NCBI GenBank assembly: GCA_021159885.1
Contig: JAGHDO010000068.1
Coordinates: 16,118 to 80,117 of the forward strand
Source of the DNA: Synergistota bacterium
GTDB lineage: Bacteria; Synergistota; GBS-1
DNA length: 64,000 nt
Reading direction: 5' to 3'
Shown here: positions 51,184 to 61,091 of the stretch, piece after piece
Layout of the letters: each line of letters opens with the position of its first letter
How positions within the stretch are numbered: the first letter of the stretch is position 1
Made by a program: the position numbers and the translations under genes
The notes under the pieces: generated by a model
The model's database searches: none
Seen by the model: only the letters and a program-made list of their open reading frames with translations
What the model was told of the DNA's origin: nothing

Positions 51184-51744
51184 TCAACTTAAAGAAGATA
51201 AGGCTTTCTTACCCATTTCGTATCCTATTCCGAAAGCCTCCATGTTCTTCTCCTCCGTTCCCTTGGGAACCCTGTCAAGGATGGCTTTCTTAAACGAATC
51301 CTTGCTAACCACGTTCTCCATTAAGGCACATATTATGCCAAGAGCAAGTATATTGGCGAAGAGAGGCTTACCAAGCTTCTCTATGGTCGTCTTTATTATA
51401 GGCAAGTGAAGGATCTTCCCCTTAACCTGAGGCAGTTTCTGTACAAAGAAGCTATCAGCAACAAGCACTCCCCCCTTCTTAAGATCACCACCATATTTAT
51501 CCGCCGCCTCTTGAGTTAAAACAAGCGTAATATCAGGAGAGGTAACCTTAGGATAGTCTATCTCATGATCGCTTATTACTACCTCAGATCTGCTTGCTCC
51601 TCCCCTTGCCTCCGGGCCATAAGACTGCGTTTGAACTGCATTTTTCCCCTCATAGAGAGCAGCCGCCTCTCCAAGAATTATGCCCGCGAGTATCATGCCT
51701 TGTCCCCCAGAACCGGTAAGCCTTATCTCAAACCGCTCTATCAT
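51184..51744 (-). CDS. korC: 2-oxoacid:ferredoxin oxidoreductase gamma subunit
   Basis: 186 aa POR/KOR gamma-type domain. Last gene of a four-gene kor unit. Confidence 0.75.
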   Translation of the reverse strand: MIERFEIRLTGSGGQGMILAGIILGEAAALYEGKNAVQTQSYGPEARGGASRSEVVISDHEIDYPKVTSPDITLVLTQEAADKYGGDLKKGGVLVADSFFVQKLPQVKGKILHLPIIKTTIEKLGKPLFANILALGIICALMENVVSKDSFKKAILDRVPKGTEEKNMEAFGIGYEMGKKALSSLS

Positions 51745-52569
51745 CTACGCCCCCTCCCCTCTAATCCGGTTGCGCAGTTCCCCATAAAGCTCCGTATACT
51801 CTGGAGCATCTCTATCGGCGAATTCCCCTATGACTATCTTGTTTTCAAGTTCCTCGGGAGACATCCTCTTTGCTTTTGAGAGAGGAATGCTATTCTCCTT
51901 AAGCCACTGCATCATTTTAACTGCATCTCCTATCTTGTTTCTTCTACCAAACTGCGTTGGACAAGGCGAAACCACTTCCACAAAGGCAAATCCTTTCTTC
52001 TGTATGGCTTTTCTAATATAGCGCTCAACCTGTGCTACATGATAAACCGTCGTTCTCGCAACATAAACGGCACCAGCAGCGGAAGCAAGCTTACAAAGAT
52101 CAAATTGCTGTTCTATAAATCCATAAGGCGCAGTCGTCGCCTTAGCTCCATGAGGCGTAGTTGGAGAGACCTGCCCTCCCGTCATGCCATATATATAGTT
52201 ATTTAAAACGATCGCGGTAATATCGATATTCCTCCTTGCAGCATGTATGAAGTGATTTCCTCCTATCGCAGCGCAATCTCCGTCTCCCATGACCGCTATT
52301 ATCTTAAGATTAGGCTTAGCAAGCTTAACACCAGTAGCAAAAGCGAGAGATCTTCCATGCGTGGTGTGTAGGGTATTAGCGTTAATATAGCCTGGTATTC
52401 TACCAGAACATCCTATTCCAGAAGTAACCATTATATCCTGAGGATTATAGCCAAGAGAATCTATAGCCCTCAGCATCGCGTGAACCGCGATGCCATGCCC
52501 ACATCCCGGACAGAATATATGAGGGAAAAACCTCGTTCTTATAAAACGCATAATGTTCTCGCGCGGCAT
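51745..52569 (-). CDS. korB: 2-oxoglutarate/2-oxoacid:ferredoxin oxidoreductase beta subunit (TPP-binding)
   Basis: GIGCSGR and GDGD TPP-binding motifs. Confidence 0.85.
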   Translation of the reverse strand: MPRENIMRFIRTRFFPHIFCPGCGHGIAVHAMLRAIDSLGYNPQDIMVTSGIGCSGRIPGYINANTLHTTHGRSLAFATGVKLAKPNLKIIAVMGDGDCAAIGGNHFIHAARRNIDITAIVLNNYIYGMTGGQVSPTTPHGAKATTAPYGFIEQQFDLCKLASAAGAVYVARTTVYHVAQVERYIRKAIQKKGFAFVEVVSPCPTQFGRRNKIGDAVKMMQWLKENSIPLSKAKRMSPEELENKIVIGEFADRDAPEYTELYGELRNRIRGEGA

Positions 52570-52571
52570 AG

Positions 52572-53723
52572 CTAAGCTACCTCCTTTATCTTTTCGACTA
52601 TCTGAGAAGGGGTAAGTATATCACTGTCAAGCCTCGTTAAACTATAAACCGGACACCTACCCGCTACTGCCCTTTCGACTTCCCTGACCATTAAGCCTAT
52701 GTTCATTTCTGGGACTATAACCGCCTTAACACTCGAAGCTATCTCTCTTAAAGGCTCATCTGGGAAGGGCCATACTATAATGGGTCTAAAAAGCCCCACC
52801 TTATATCCCTCCTTACGAGCTTCCCTAACCGCCCTCATGGCCGATCGAGCTACGCATCCAAAAGCCACAATTAGAATTTCAGCGTCCTCTACCTCGAACG
52901 TGGAATACCGAGTTAACAAATTCTTTCCTTTCTCAAACTTCCTTAAAAGCCTTAAATTCATAGCCTCTATCTTTTCCGGATCGTTAGTAGGGAAGCCCCA
53001 TTCATTGTGGGTTAACCCAGTCATATGGAAGCAATAACCCTCTCCATAAGCAGCCATGGGAGGAACATCGTCCTCGGGATCCGCGAGATATGGAAGATAT
53101 TTCTCAGGTGGTACTGTCGGTTTCTTTCTGTTAATTACTTTTATTTCGCTCTCATTGGGAAGCTCCACCCTCTCCCTCATATGCCCTACTACCTCATCAC
53201 TCAAAATAACAACGGGAGATCTAAACCTCTCAGCCAAATTAGATGCCTCTATCGTAAAGTCATAACACTCCCTCACAGTAGAGGGAGAAATAGCTATAAG
53301 AGGAAATCCTCCGTGAGTCCCCCACCTCGCCTGCATAAAATCTCCCTGCATAGGTTTAGTTGGTGTTCCCGTGGAAGGCCCGCCTCTCTGAACATCAACC
53401 ACAACGACTGGAATCTCAGCTATTATCGCAAAGCCAAGATTTTCCTGCTTTAACGAGAAACCAGGTCCACTCGTCGCAGTCATGCTCTTCAAGCCCGCGG
53501 TCGAAGCCCCAATCGCAGCAGCCATGCTTCCTATTTCGTCTTCCATCTGAATAAAAGTACCACCAACCTTTGGAAGCTCCGCTGAAAGAATCTCAGCTAT
53601 TTCAGAAGAAGGAGTGATAGGATAGCCCGCAAAAAACCTTATACCCGCCGCAATCGCACCCATTGCTATCGCACGATTTCCTTGCCAGAAGACAACCTTA
53701 CCCACTTTCTCCCGCCTCCTCAA
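52572..53723 (-). CDS. korA: 2-oxoglutarate/2-oxoacid:ferredoxin oxidoreductase alpha subunit
   Basis: 383 aa POR/KOR alpha-type domains. Confidence 0.85.
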   Translation of the reverse strand: MRRREKVGKVVFWQGNRAIAMGAIAAGIRFFAGYPITPSSEIAEILSAELPKVGGTFIQMEDEIGSMAAAIGASTAGLKSMTATSGPGFSLKQENLGFAIIAEIPVVVVDVQRGGPSTGTPTKPMQGDFMQARWGTHGGFPLIAISPSTVRECYDFTIEASNLAERFRSPVVILSDEVVGHMRERVELPNESEIKVINRKKPTVPPEKYLPYLADPEDDVPPMAAYGEGYCFHMTGLTHNEWGFPTNDPEKIEAMNLRLLRKFEKGKNLLTRYSTFEVEDAEILIVAFGCVARSAMRAVREARKEGYKVGLFRPIIVWPFPDEPLREIASSVKAVIVPEMNIGLMVREVERAVAGRCPVYSLTRLDSDILTPSQIVEKIKEVA

Positions 53724-53982
53724 CGGTTATAGCAAAATCGGGACAATAGTATTCACACATCTTGCATCCTATACACTTCTCCTGATACTTAACCTCCGCT
53801 TTGAGCCTCTCTCCCAAAATCAAAACCCCTTTAGGACAGAAAGCTATACATATCCCGCATCCCTTACACCACTTCTCGTTTATCTTAACGGAAAATTTCG
53901 CAGCCAATCTCCATGCCCCCTTTTTAACAGTAGGTATTATTACCACCTGGCAAATTATACAACCATGCAAGCTAAATTTCAA
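53698..53982 (-). CDS. korD: 2-oxoacid:ferredoxin oxidoreductase delta subunit (2x[4Fe-4S] ferredoxin)
   Basis: Two CxxCxxC...CP motifs (CKGCGICIAFCP, CIGCKMCEYYCP). Confidence 0.75.
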   Translation of the reverse strand: MKFSLHGCIICQVVIIPTVKKGAWRLAAKFSVKINEKWCKGCGICIAFCPKGVLILGERLKAEVKYQEKCIGCKMCEYYCPDFAITVEEAGESG

Positions 53983-54014
53983 CCCCTGATAGAAGGAAAA
54001 TAAAAAATTTAAAA

Positions 54015-56309
54015 TTATAGCATCGGATCCAATAACACAGCTTTTTTGCTGTATACATCGCGCAAAACCAAAGCAGGAGGATCACTCCCCGCAAAATAGA
54101 AAGCAGTATCATAGAAATTAAGCTCTGTCCTCTCCCCCGTTTCAATGTAAGCCACTTCCCAAGGATAAAATCCCTCAGGAATGGTAAGGCCCTGCCAAGA
54201 AAGCATATTCCCCTCAATGCTCAAAGAGCGCTCCATTGAAATGAGCTCTTCAGGAGTAAAAGGATCCTTAATGACAAGGCTTACCTCATTTACCACACCC
54301 TCACGGCTTTTAAGAAGGAGCTTAAAATACAAGTTAGAGCTAACTGAGGAGCCAAGATAAACCAGATTCCCCAGCTTGATCAAGTTTTGATAAGCAAATT
54401 TTTCAGGAATAACCCAGGTATCACCTCCTTCCTCCTTTGTCAAGTCAATTTTGAGCCCGCTTGGTAAAAGAAGTTTAACGCTCTTAAGCGGAAATCTCTC
54501 TCCTTCCTTAACCCATGCCTCAAGGAGATAAGATGGTTCGCTCAAATCCAAGAGCTTAACTTCCCAAAACTTCAAATGAGTCTCTGCTATTCTTTCATTT
54601 CCCTTAAGTAGCCATTTCCCTTCTCTCTTGCCAAAAAGCATATGGTATATCTGCTTATGCATATACCCCCCAGAGCTTTCATACTCTACAAGGACATCGC
54701 CCTCCGCTTCAGCACCACCGGAAAGGAAAAAATTATCCTCTAAAAGCTCAATACTTTCTATCCTTCTCCAATTGAGTTGATCAAAGAAGTCATCCTTAAC
54801 CATGCCATTAAATAGAAAATCCTCCGTGAGATAAGAATCCAATCTCTCCTTGCTCCCAGAGTTATAACCTTCCTTAAGCCTCTCAAGAAGGGAGTTTATG
54901 CTCCTAAAAGCCTCTTCGGCCTCACCTCTTCCAACCGAAATTATCAAAGTATCAACAGGAGTAAAGAAGCTTCCTCCGAAGAGCATCTCTCTCAGTATCC
55001 AACTTGCAGGATAACGATCTATACTCGATGCTATTTCCCTGCCCGCTCCTACAAAAAACCTCCCAAGATATGAAAAGATACCATCATTGGGGAGAGAAAG
55101 ATAAAGAAGATTAACAAGCATGGAATAAAGGTCATTTAACCGCGGATCGTGAGGAGAAGTTAGAACAGCATTTTTCAAAGCTTCATAGGTTAGCTTTATA
55201 TCGTCCTCCCTATTAAAGAGGCTTTCCACAACGCCATTTGTATCGATCCCAAAAGCGTTCAAGAAGGAAACGACGTAATTAACGAGATTCAGATCAAAAC
55301 CCTTAAAGTGGATTTCAGAAAGCGAAGGATTATCATCAATGAAGGAAAGCTCATCAAATTGAGAAGATGTTCCCTCTCCAAAGGGAAGATCAAAGGATCC
55401 TGAAGATAATCTCAGAAGATAGAGAGCGGGCGAATTAGAATCGATGGTGAAAATCTCATTAAGCCCTGAGATCTCAAATGATCGCTTTGAAGTGAAGAAG
55501 CCTAAAGTAGAAGTTATCGAAAAATTAATACAGCTGTTTTTCACCCCTCCGGAAAGGATCTCTTGAGGAATGGCCTCTATACCAAAAACCCCACAAAAGC
55601 ATAAAGAGCTACCCGTGGGCTGAAGTGAGATAAGGTAATCACTTCCTATAAGTGAAACCTCCACCTTAAAGTGATAGGGAAAGCCAAATTCAAAAGATCG
55701 CTCGTCGAGAGATCCCCCAGAGAGAGGAAGAGAGACAATAGCTGGCTCTGATGAAGTGGGTTTCCCATCCAGTGAGCTTTCTGAAGGAAAAACTTCTTCA
55801 GGTAAGCTCATAAAAGCACTAATATAGTAGGAAGAAAACTCGCTTCTTTCAAGGTAATCATCCACAGGAGAAACCTCTGAAATGAAATCTGAAAGCGGAG
55901 AAGCATTTTTCATAGAGTTAAGTCTTCTTCTCGCCAGGCTAGGATCAGACTCAAAGACGCCAGGAAAGAGAAAAAGCAGGGTCTTCGCGGTCTCCACCGG
56001 ACTCAGATAAACCACTTCATCACTTGGAGTAGCAATCGTTAGAAACCAGCTACCCGAAGGAAGCAAAGCTCCTATCAAACTTAAGCCCTTTTTCCTAACC
56101 TTGACTTCAAAGAGATCCGATTTCGGTGTAAAGACGCTACCATCCACATTTCTGACCTCAATCTGACTCAAGCTAATCCCAGCGGGCAATATTATGCGTG
56201 CCGTTTTTTGGAGAGTATCAGGAGTTTTAATTTCCTGATACTCTTCGCACGCACATAGATATACAGAAATAAAAAGAAAAGCAATCAAAACTTTATTCCT
56301 TAAGATCAC
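54015..56309 (-). CDS. large putative lipoprotein of unknown function
   Basis: 764 aa. N-terminal lipoprotein-like signal ending in Cys (FLFISVYLCAC). Overlaps the upstream DUF4340 gene by 17 nt. Confidence 0.5.
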   Translation of the reverse strand: MILRNKVLIAFLFISVYLCACEEYQEIKTPDTLQKTARIILPAGISLSQIEVRNVDGSVFTPKSDLFEVKVRKKGLSLIGALLPSGSWFLTIATPSDEVVYLSPVETAKTLLFLFPGVFESDPSLARRRLNSMKNASPLSDFISEVSPVDDYLERSEFSSYYISAFMSLPEEVFPSESSLDGKPTSSEPAIVSLPLSGGSLDERSFEFGFPYHFKVEVSLIGSDYLISLQPTGSSLCFCGVFGIEAIPQEILSGGVKNSCINFSITSTLGFFTSKRSFEISGLNEIFTIDSNSPALYLLRLSSGSFDLPFGEGTSSQFDELSFIDDNPSLSEIHFKGFDLNLVNYVVSFLNAFGIDTNGVVESLFNREDDIKLTYEALKNAVLTSPHDPRLNDLYSMLVNLLYLSLPNDGIFSYLGRFFVGAGREIASSIDRYPASWILREMLFGGSFFTPVDTLIISVGRGEAEEAFRSINSLLERLKEGYNSGSKERLDSYLTEDFLFNGMVKDDFFDQLNWRRIESIELLEDNFFLSGGAEAEGDVLVEYESSGGYMHKQIYHMLFGKREGKWLLKGNERIAETHLKFWEVKLLDLSEPSYLLEAWVKEGERFPLKSVKLLLPSGLKIDLTKEEGGDTWVIPEKFAYQNLIKLGNLVYLGSSVSSNLYFKLLLKSREGVVNEVSLVIKDPFTPEELISMERSLSIEGNMLSWQGLTIPEGFYPWEVAYIETGERTELNFYDTAFYFAGSDPPALVLRDVYSKKAVLLDPML

Positions 56310-57573
56310 CTGGTATTATCTCCTCTAATGGCTTTTCAAACTTATAGATTATGGGATAGTCGAGATCCTTAGCCCACGCCTTTCCCTCTTCCTCATAAAA
56401 TTCCACTTTAACTTCCTTAACTGCATCTTTAGCAACCACCTTACAGAAAAGCTTAGCATTTGAAGGCAGGTTACCTTTATAAATCGCCTCCTTAGCCTCT
56501 ATTTCTGAAAGAGAACGCGCTATTTTATCGGCATTTTTAGCCCCAACCCACTTGTCTTTCTCCTGCTTTATGGATATTTTCTTACCATCAGGGAAGATAA
56601 CGCTTATCTCGGTTAAAGAGTAATAATTGCTTCTTAAGGGACGCTTATCAAGAAGCTGATTAACCGAAGAAATCCTAAGATCCTTGGGGAAATATCTTCC
56701 AAACTTATAAACGCTGTTTGCCCCCTTGACCATTCCCCAGACGTAATCTCCATCCTTGCTCCAGCTATAAAGTACATCATACTTCTTTCCTTCCTTCGTT
56801 TTAAGCTCTACCACAAGCTGCGGAGAGTCTAAGCCAAACTTCTTGAGATTCTTAGGATTATCGATGATCTTATCAGCTTTTCCCTCAACTATATCCCACA
56901 ATATATCGGTTAGCTTATCCTGATCCACAGGAAGGCGGGCAGGATAGATCATGTCCCACAAACTCTCCTTATTCCTCTTGAACGAGAATTTTCTATCATC
57001 CTTAGCATAGCTCATCGTAAAGCTTTCTATGGAAATGGTATTCTCAACAAGCATATCCTTCTGCCTTAAAGCAAATAGATCCTTATTCAGCTCCTTGAAC
57101 ACATAAGGAGCAACGAGGTATATAGCAGTCTTGCTTTTAAGCTTGAGATATCTTTCCGCGGTTATCGGGTTTTCCTTACCAAATAGCAGAGTTATTTTCT
57201 TTCCTTTTTTATTCTCAACGGTGAATATCATCGCTGGGTCGTCAAGCCCATATTCCTTAAGATCTCCAGAATCAGCGACTTTTTCCTTCGTAGCATTTTT
57301 CAAAGCACTAAACATAAGCATGATCGTCGTATCATCCGCACCCGTTTTAACCGGAGAAGCGATTTCCCAAGTATCTTTCCCCTTCCTTACAACCTTAACA
57401 TCAAGATTCTTAGATTCTATCTTCAACTCAAAAGCTGATATCTCCTCGCTTTTCCAAGGGAGAAGTTTAGATTCCTCCTTTTTCTTTCTCTCAGACGGTA
57501 TATCAAAAACAAATATATAGGTTAAAAGGGAGGCAAGTATAATGGTTAAAATCAGCGTGCTTCTCCTCATCAC
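56293..57573 (-). CDS. DUF4340-domain protein (accessory component of GldG-type ABC systems)
   Basis: 426 aa with an N-terminal TM anchor. Family assignment by resemblance and by its position after a GldG-like gene. Confidence 0.55.
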   Translation of the reverse strand: MMRRSTLILTIILASLLTYIFVFDIPSERKKKEESKLLPWKSEEISAFELKIESKNLDVKVVRKGKDTWEIASPVKTGADDTTIMLMFSALKNATKEKVADSGDLKEYGLDDPAMIFTVENKKGKKITLLFGKENPITAERYLKLKSKTAIYLVAPYVFKELNKDLFALRQKDMLVENTISIESFTMSYAKDDRKFSFKRNKESLWDMIYPARLPVDQDKLTDILWDIVEGKADKIIDNPKNLKKFGLDSPQLVVELKTKEGKKYDVLYSWSKDGDYVWGMVKGANSVYKFGRYFPKDLRISSVNQLLDKRPLRSNYYSLTEISVIFPDGKKISIKQEKDKWVGAKNADKIARSLSEIEAKEAIYKGNLPSNAKLFCKVVAKDAVKEVKVEFYEEEGKAWAKDLDYPIIYKFEKPLEEIIPGDLKE

Positions 57574-58880
57574 AATCTCCTCCTTCTAATCCAAGCGATA
57601 CCACCAAGCAGGAACAGAGCTCCAGGAATTCCAACGAGAGAGAGCCAGAAATTGAGTCTCCCAAGCCACGAGGGTATTATAAAGAGCGTATACTTTCCTT
57701 TGCCTATGGGGAGCTGAACCAGCTTTCTCTCCTTGGAAAGATAAAAGACAAACTTTTCCACTAAATCTCCGTTCCCGGAAACTCTAAAGTAAGCGTTTCT
57801 CAAGAAATCGCTATCACCTATTATTATCGCTTCACTCCCCTTATTCTCACTCTTTACAAGATAGGAGATCGTCAATGGTCCCTTTATATCAATTCCCTTG
57901 TCAAACTTTATAGCTTTAGTTTTTGGGGTGATGCCCATTTCAAGCCAGCTTGTTGGTCCCGTCTTAAGCAGAGCTATATCCTTAAGCTTTCCTTTCTCCT
58001 TCCTTAAAGCAGTAGTTATAGGGAAAAAGGTAGCAAGATTGAACTCAGACAACACGTCATTAGCCGGATATCGAATGATAACAGGAGTTAAGGCATTGCT
58101 ACCAAAAGCTTTTGCAAGAGGATCTATAACCACTCCATCATAAACGAAGGTCTCAAACAGATCCAGACACCACTTTTTCCAGCTTTTCGGAGAATCATAT
58201 TCCAGCGCGAGAAAAATTTTCCCTCCGTTAAGGAAGTAATCCCTAAGCGCATTAAGTTCTACCGGTAGAGGTTCCCTTTTGGGAGCGACTATAACCACGC
58301 AAGAGGCATCAGGAGGAACCTTACCCTTTAGAAGAAGATTCAACCCCTTGGGCTCAAATCCCTTGTCTTTTAAAGCATCTCTAAAAGCAGATATTCCGTG
58401 ATCATCTGGATCATCAAGTCCTGGCTCACCATGTCCCGTTAAGAAATAGATAATCTTTTCTTTTCTCCTCTGAACCTTTATTATCGCATTCGTTAAATTC
58501 TCCTCATCGAGATAATCTATTTTTACCTTGCTCTTCCCCTGAATAACCACAACTTGACCGAAGGAATCCACTCCATACTTTTTCGCCTTAAGCGGCTGCT
58601 TACTCGCATCAATTACAAAGTAATCTATCTTAGGGCAATAGTACTTATAAGTTTCCAAAAGCGTTCTGTATCTTTCCATATCATCGCGCGCTGGAAAGGC
58701 AAATATTTCTATCCTGTCCCTAACCCCTCTTAAAACCTTTATGGTTTCCTTATCAAGCGTATTATCCTTCCAAAGGGTTAGGTCCCACCTGTAATAGTGC
58801 CTATCGACGATAAAGTTTATAGATATAAGTATGCCGAGAATCAACAGAAAGTTCACAATGAGGGTTTTTCTATCGGTCAT
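57570..58880 (-). CDS. GldG-like ABC-transporter auxiliary component
   Basis: 436 aa with N- and C-terminal TM anchors. Lies directly after the ABC-2 permease, the standard GldA/F/G-type arrangement. Confidence 0.6.
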   Translation of the reverse strand: MTDRKTLIVNFLLILGILISINFIVDRHYYRWDLTLWKDNTLDKETIKVLRGVRDRIEIFAFPARDDMERYRTLLETYKYYCPKIDYFVIDASKQPLKAKKYGVDSFGQVVVIQGKSKVKIDYLDEENLTNAIIKVQRRKEKIIYFLTGHGEPGLDDPDDHGISAFRDALKDKGFEPKGLNLLLKGKVPPDASCVVIVAPKREPLPVELNALRDYFLNGGKIFLALEYDSPKSWKKWCLDLFETFVYDGVVIDPLAKAFGSNALTPVIIRYPANDVLSEFNLATFFPITTALRKEKGKLKDIALLKTGPTSWLEMGITPKTKAIKFDKGIDIKGPLTISYLVKSENKGSEAIIIGDSDFLRNAYFRVSGNGDLVEKFVFYLSKERKLVQLPIGKGKYTLFIIPSWLGRLNFWLSLVGIPGALFLLGGIAWIRRRRL

Positions 58881-59642
58881 CTACTTCCACCTCCTCGACG
58901 AAAGAGAGATAACGGATAGGTAAAGAAAGAAGACCGTCAAACTTAGGAAGAACGCCACATCTCTGAGATCGATAACCCCCTGCGAGAAGTGTCTGACTCT
59001 ACTGAAGATAGCGAGCTTTTCAAGTATTTTACCTACTATTGGAGAGGTAGCTCCGAAGTTGGAAGCAGCCCAATTAACGAACCATAGCAGTATCAATATA
59101 GCGAAGGAGAGCATAGAAGCGGTAGCCTGCCTTCTCGTGAGAGAAGCAGCAAACACTCCTGCCGCTATAAAAGCCGCTCCTGCAAGGAACATCCCTATGT
59201 ATCCTGAAACAATTAATCCCAGATCAAGCTTTCCCGCCCTACTTAAGGTTATAGGCATATAAAGCAGTATAGCTAAGACGATAAGGTAAACCACATAAGA
59301 AGCGAGGAATTTTCCCATAACTATCTGAAAATCCGTTAGAGGAGATGTCAATAGGAGTTCGAACGTCCCAGAGGATTCCTCCTCTGGAAAGCTTCGCATC
59401 GTCAGCACAGGGACGAGAAAGATCAGAAGAAATAAAACATCCTGAAAAACAGGATAAAATATGAACTTTGTTGAGTTAAAGCTAAAGCCTCCCCATCTTG
59501 AAAGCTGAAGGATATAATAAGCAAGCACATTTATGTAGAGATACCCAATTACGAGCAAGAACGCTCCTATAAGAGTGTAAGCCAAGGGAGAAAACAAATA
59601 GATTTTCAGATCTTTCTTAAATATTGAAATAACTCCTCTCAT
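58881..59642 (-). CDS. ABC-2 family transporter permease
   Basis: 253 aa, six predicted TM helices. Overlaps the ATPase gene by 4 nt. Confidence 0.7.
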   Translation of the reverse strand: MRGVISIFKKDLKIYLFSPLAYTLIGAFLLVIGYLYINVLAYYILQLSRWGGFSFNSTKFIFYPVFQDVLFLLIFLVPVLTMRSFPEEESSGTFELLLTSPLTDFQIVMGKFLASYVVYLIVLAILLYMPITLSRAGKLDLGLIVSGYIGMFLAGAAFIAAGVFAASLTRRQATASMLSFAILILLWFVNWAASNFGATSPIVGKILEKLAIFSRVRHFSQGVIDLRDVAFFLSLTVFFLYLSVISLSSRRWK

Positions 59643-60586
59643 GATGCCTCAGCCTCCTCCTCGGTAACAAGCTCAAGGAAAACTTCTTCCAAAGTCATGG
59701 TAACGGGCTTAAGCTCGAGCAATCCAGCCCCAGCGCTAACTATAACACGCGCTATATCTTCCCGCAGGTCAAGATTTTGCGGATATTCCACGAGTATGGA
59801 ACCATCCCCAGATGGAGAAACGCTTATGATACTTGGAAGTTTTTTAAGCTCCTCTACAACCTTATCAACATAGCGTGCTACCTTAACCTCCACCTTCTTT
59901 GAGGGCCTTAAGCGTGCCTCAAGTCCCTCAAGCGTATCCTCAGCAACTATCCTACCTCCGCTTACAATTATTACTCTGTCGCACGTAGCAGTAACCTCAG
60001 GAAGAATATGCGTTGAAAGTATAACCGTGTGCTTGCCACGCAGAGACTTTATTAACGATCTTACTTCCGCTATCTGAACCGCGTCAAGTCCACTCGTTGG
60101 CTCATCGAGTATAAGAAGATCTGGATCAGAGATTAAAGCCTGAGCTAAGGCCACTCTTTGCCTGTATCCGCGTGAGAGGTTCCCAACCAATCTGCCGTAA
60201 ACATCTTTCAAACCGCAGTAATCGATAACCTCAGATAGTCTCTCCTTTCTAAGCTTCTTAGGTACCCCTTTTATCTCCATCACAAACTTCAGATACTCCT
60301 TAACAGTAAGCTCTTTGTAAAGCGGTGGATTTTCAGGAAGATAACCAATCCGCTTCTTAACCTCAAGAGGATTTTCAACAACATCATAACCGGCTACCCG
60401 GACCCTCCCCGCAGAGGGAGGGAGGTAGCCGGTTATTATCCTCATTGTGGTCGTCTTACCCGCGCCGTTAGGTCCGAGAAAGCCAAGTATTTCCCCTTCT
60501 TTAACCGTAAACGATACATCCCTCAAGACCCATCTACCGTGAAACTCCCTGCCAACCTCCTCAACCTCTACCAATGCGTTGCTCAC
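59639..60586 (-). CDS. ABC transporter ATP-binding protein
   Basis: GPNGAGKTT Walker [16 protein letters not shown] signature, [10 protein letters not shown] Walker B. Confidence 0.9.
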   Translation of the reverse strand: MSNALVEVEEVGREFHGRWVLRDVSFTVKEGEILGFLGPNGAGKTTTMRIITGYLPPSAGRVRVAGYDVVENPLEVKKRIGYLPENPPLYKELTVKEYLKFVMEIKGVPKKLRKERLSEVIDYCGLKDVYGRLVGNLSRGYRQRVALAQALISDPDLLILDEPTSGLDAVQIAEVRSLIKSLRGKHTVILSTHILPEVTATCDRVIIVSGGRIVAEDTLEGLEARLRPSKKVEVKVARYVDKVVEELKKLPSIISVSPSGDGSILVEYPQNLDLREDIARVIVSAGAGLLELKPVTMTLEEVFLELVTEEEAEAS

Positions 60587-61074
60587 CCCCTCTTATACTT
60601 CGTCACCTCTCTTAAAAAGCGCTTCCTTTTCTCTATGTCTTCTTCCCCTTCCACCTCCTTGCTTGCAAACCCGTCTATAACTCCAATTATACCTCTACCC
60701 TGCTCGGTCTCGGCTATGATAACCTCAAGGGGGTTAGCGGTAGCGGTAAATATCCTGCAAACTTCCTGGCAGTTCTTTATAGCGTTTAAAACATTTATCG
60801 GATAGCCTTCCTTAAGTAGAATAACGAATGCATGTCCGGCGCTTAGCTTCTTAGCGTTCTCTATAGCGACCTTCTTAAGCTCCTCATCGTTCCCATCATG
60901 CCTTATAAGGCAGGGACCCGATGCTTCGCAAAAAGCTATACCAAACTTAAGGTGGGGAGAACTGGTTATGAGGATTTCATAAAGGTCCTCAACTGTCTTT
61001 ATAAAGTGACTGTGACCAAGTATTATATTGCACCCCTCTGGAATCTCCATTTGGACAACCTCAAACTTGACCAA
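60583..61074 (-). CDS. conserved small protein, possibly adenosine-specific-kinase family (PF04008-like)
   Basis: 163 aa. The [15 protein letters not shown]-type block resembles that thermophile/archaeal family. Assigned from memory, not verified. Confidence 0.35.
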   Translation of the reverse strand: MVKFEVVQMEIPEGCNIILGHSHFIKTVEDLYEILITSSPHLKFGIAFCEASGPCLIRHDGNDEELKKVAIENAKKLSAGHAFVILLKEGYPINVLNAIKNCQEVCRIFTATANPLEVIIAETEQGRGIIGVIDGFASKEVEGEEDIEKRKRFLREVTKYKRG

Positions 61075-61091
61075 TAAGATTCACCTCTCTC

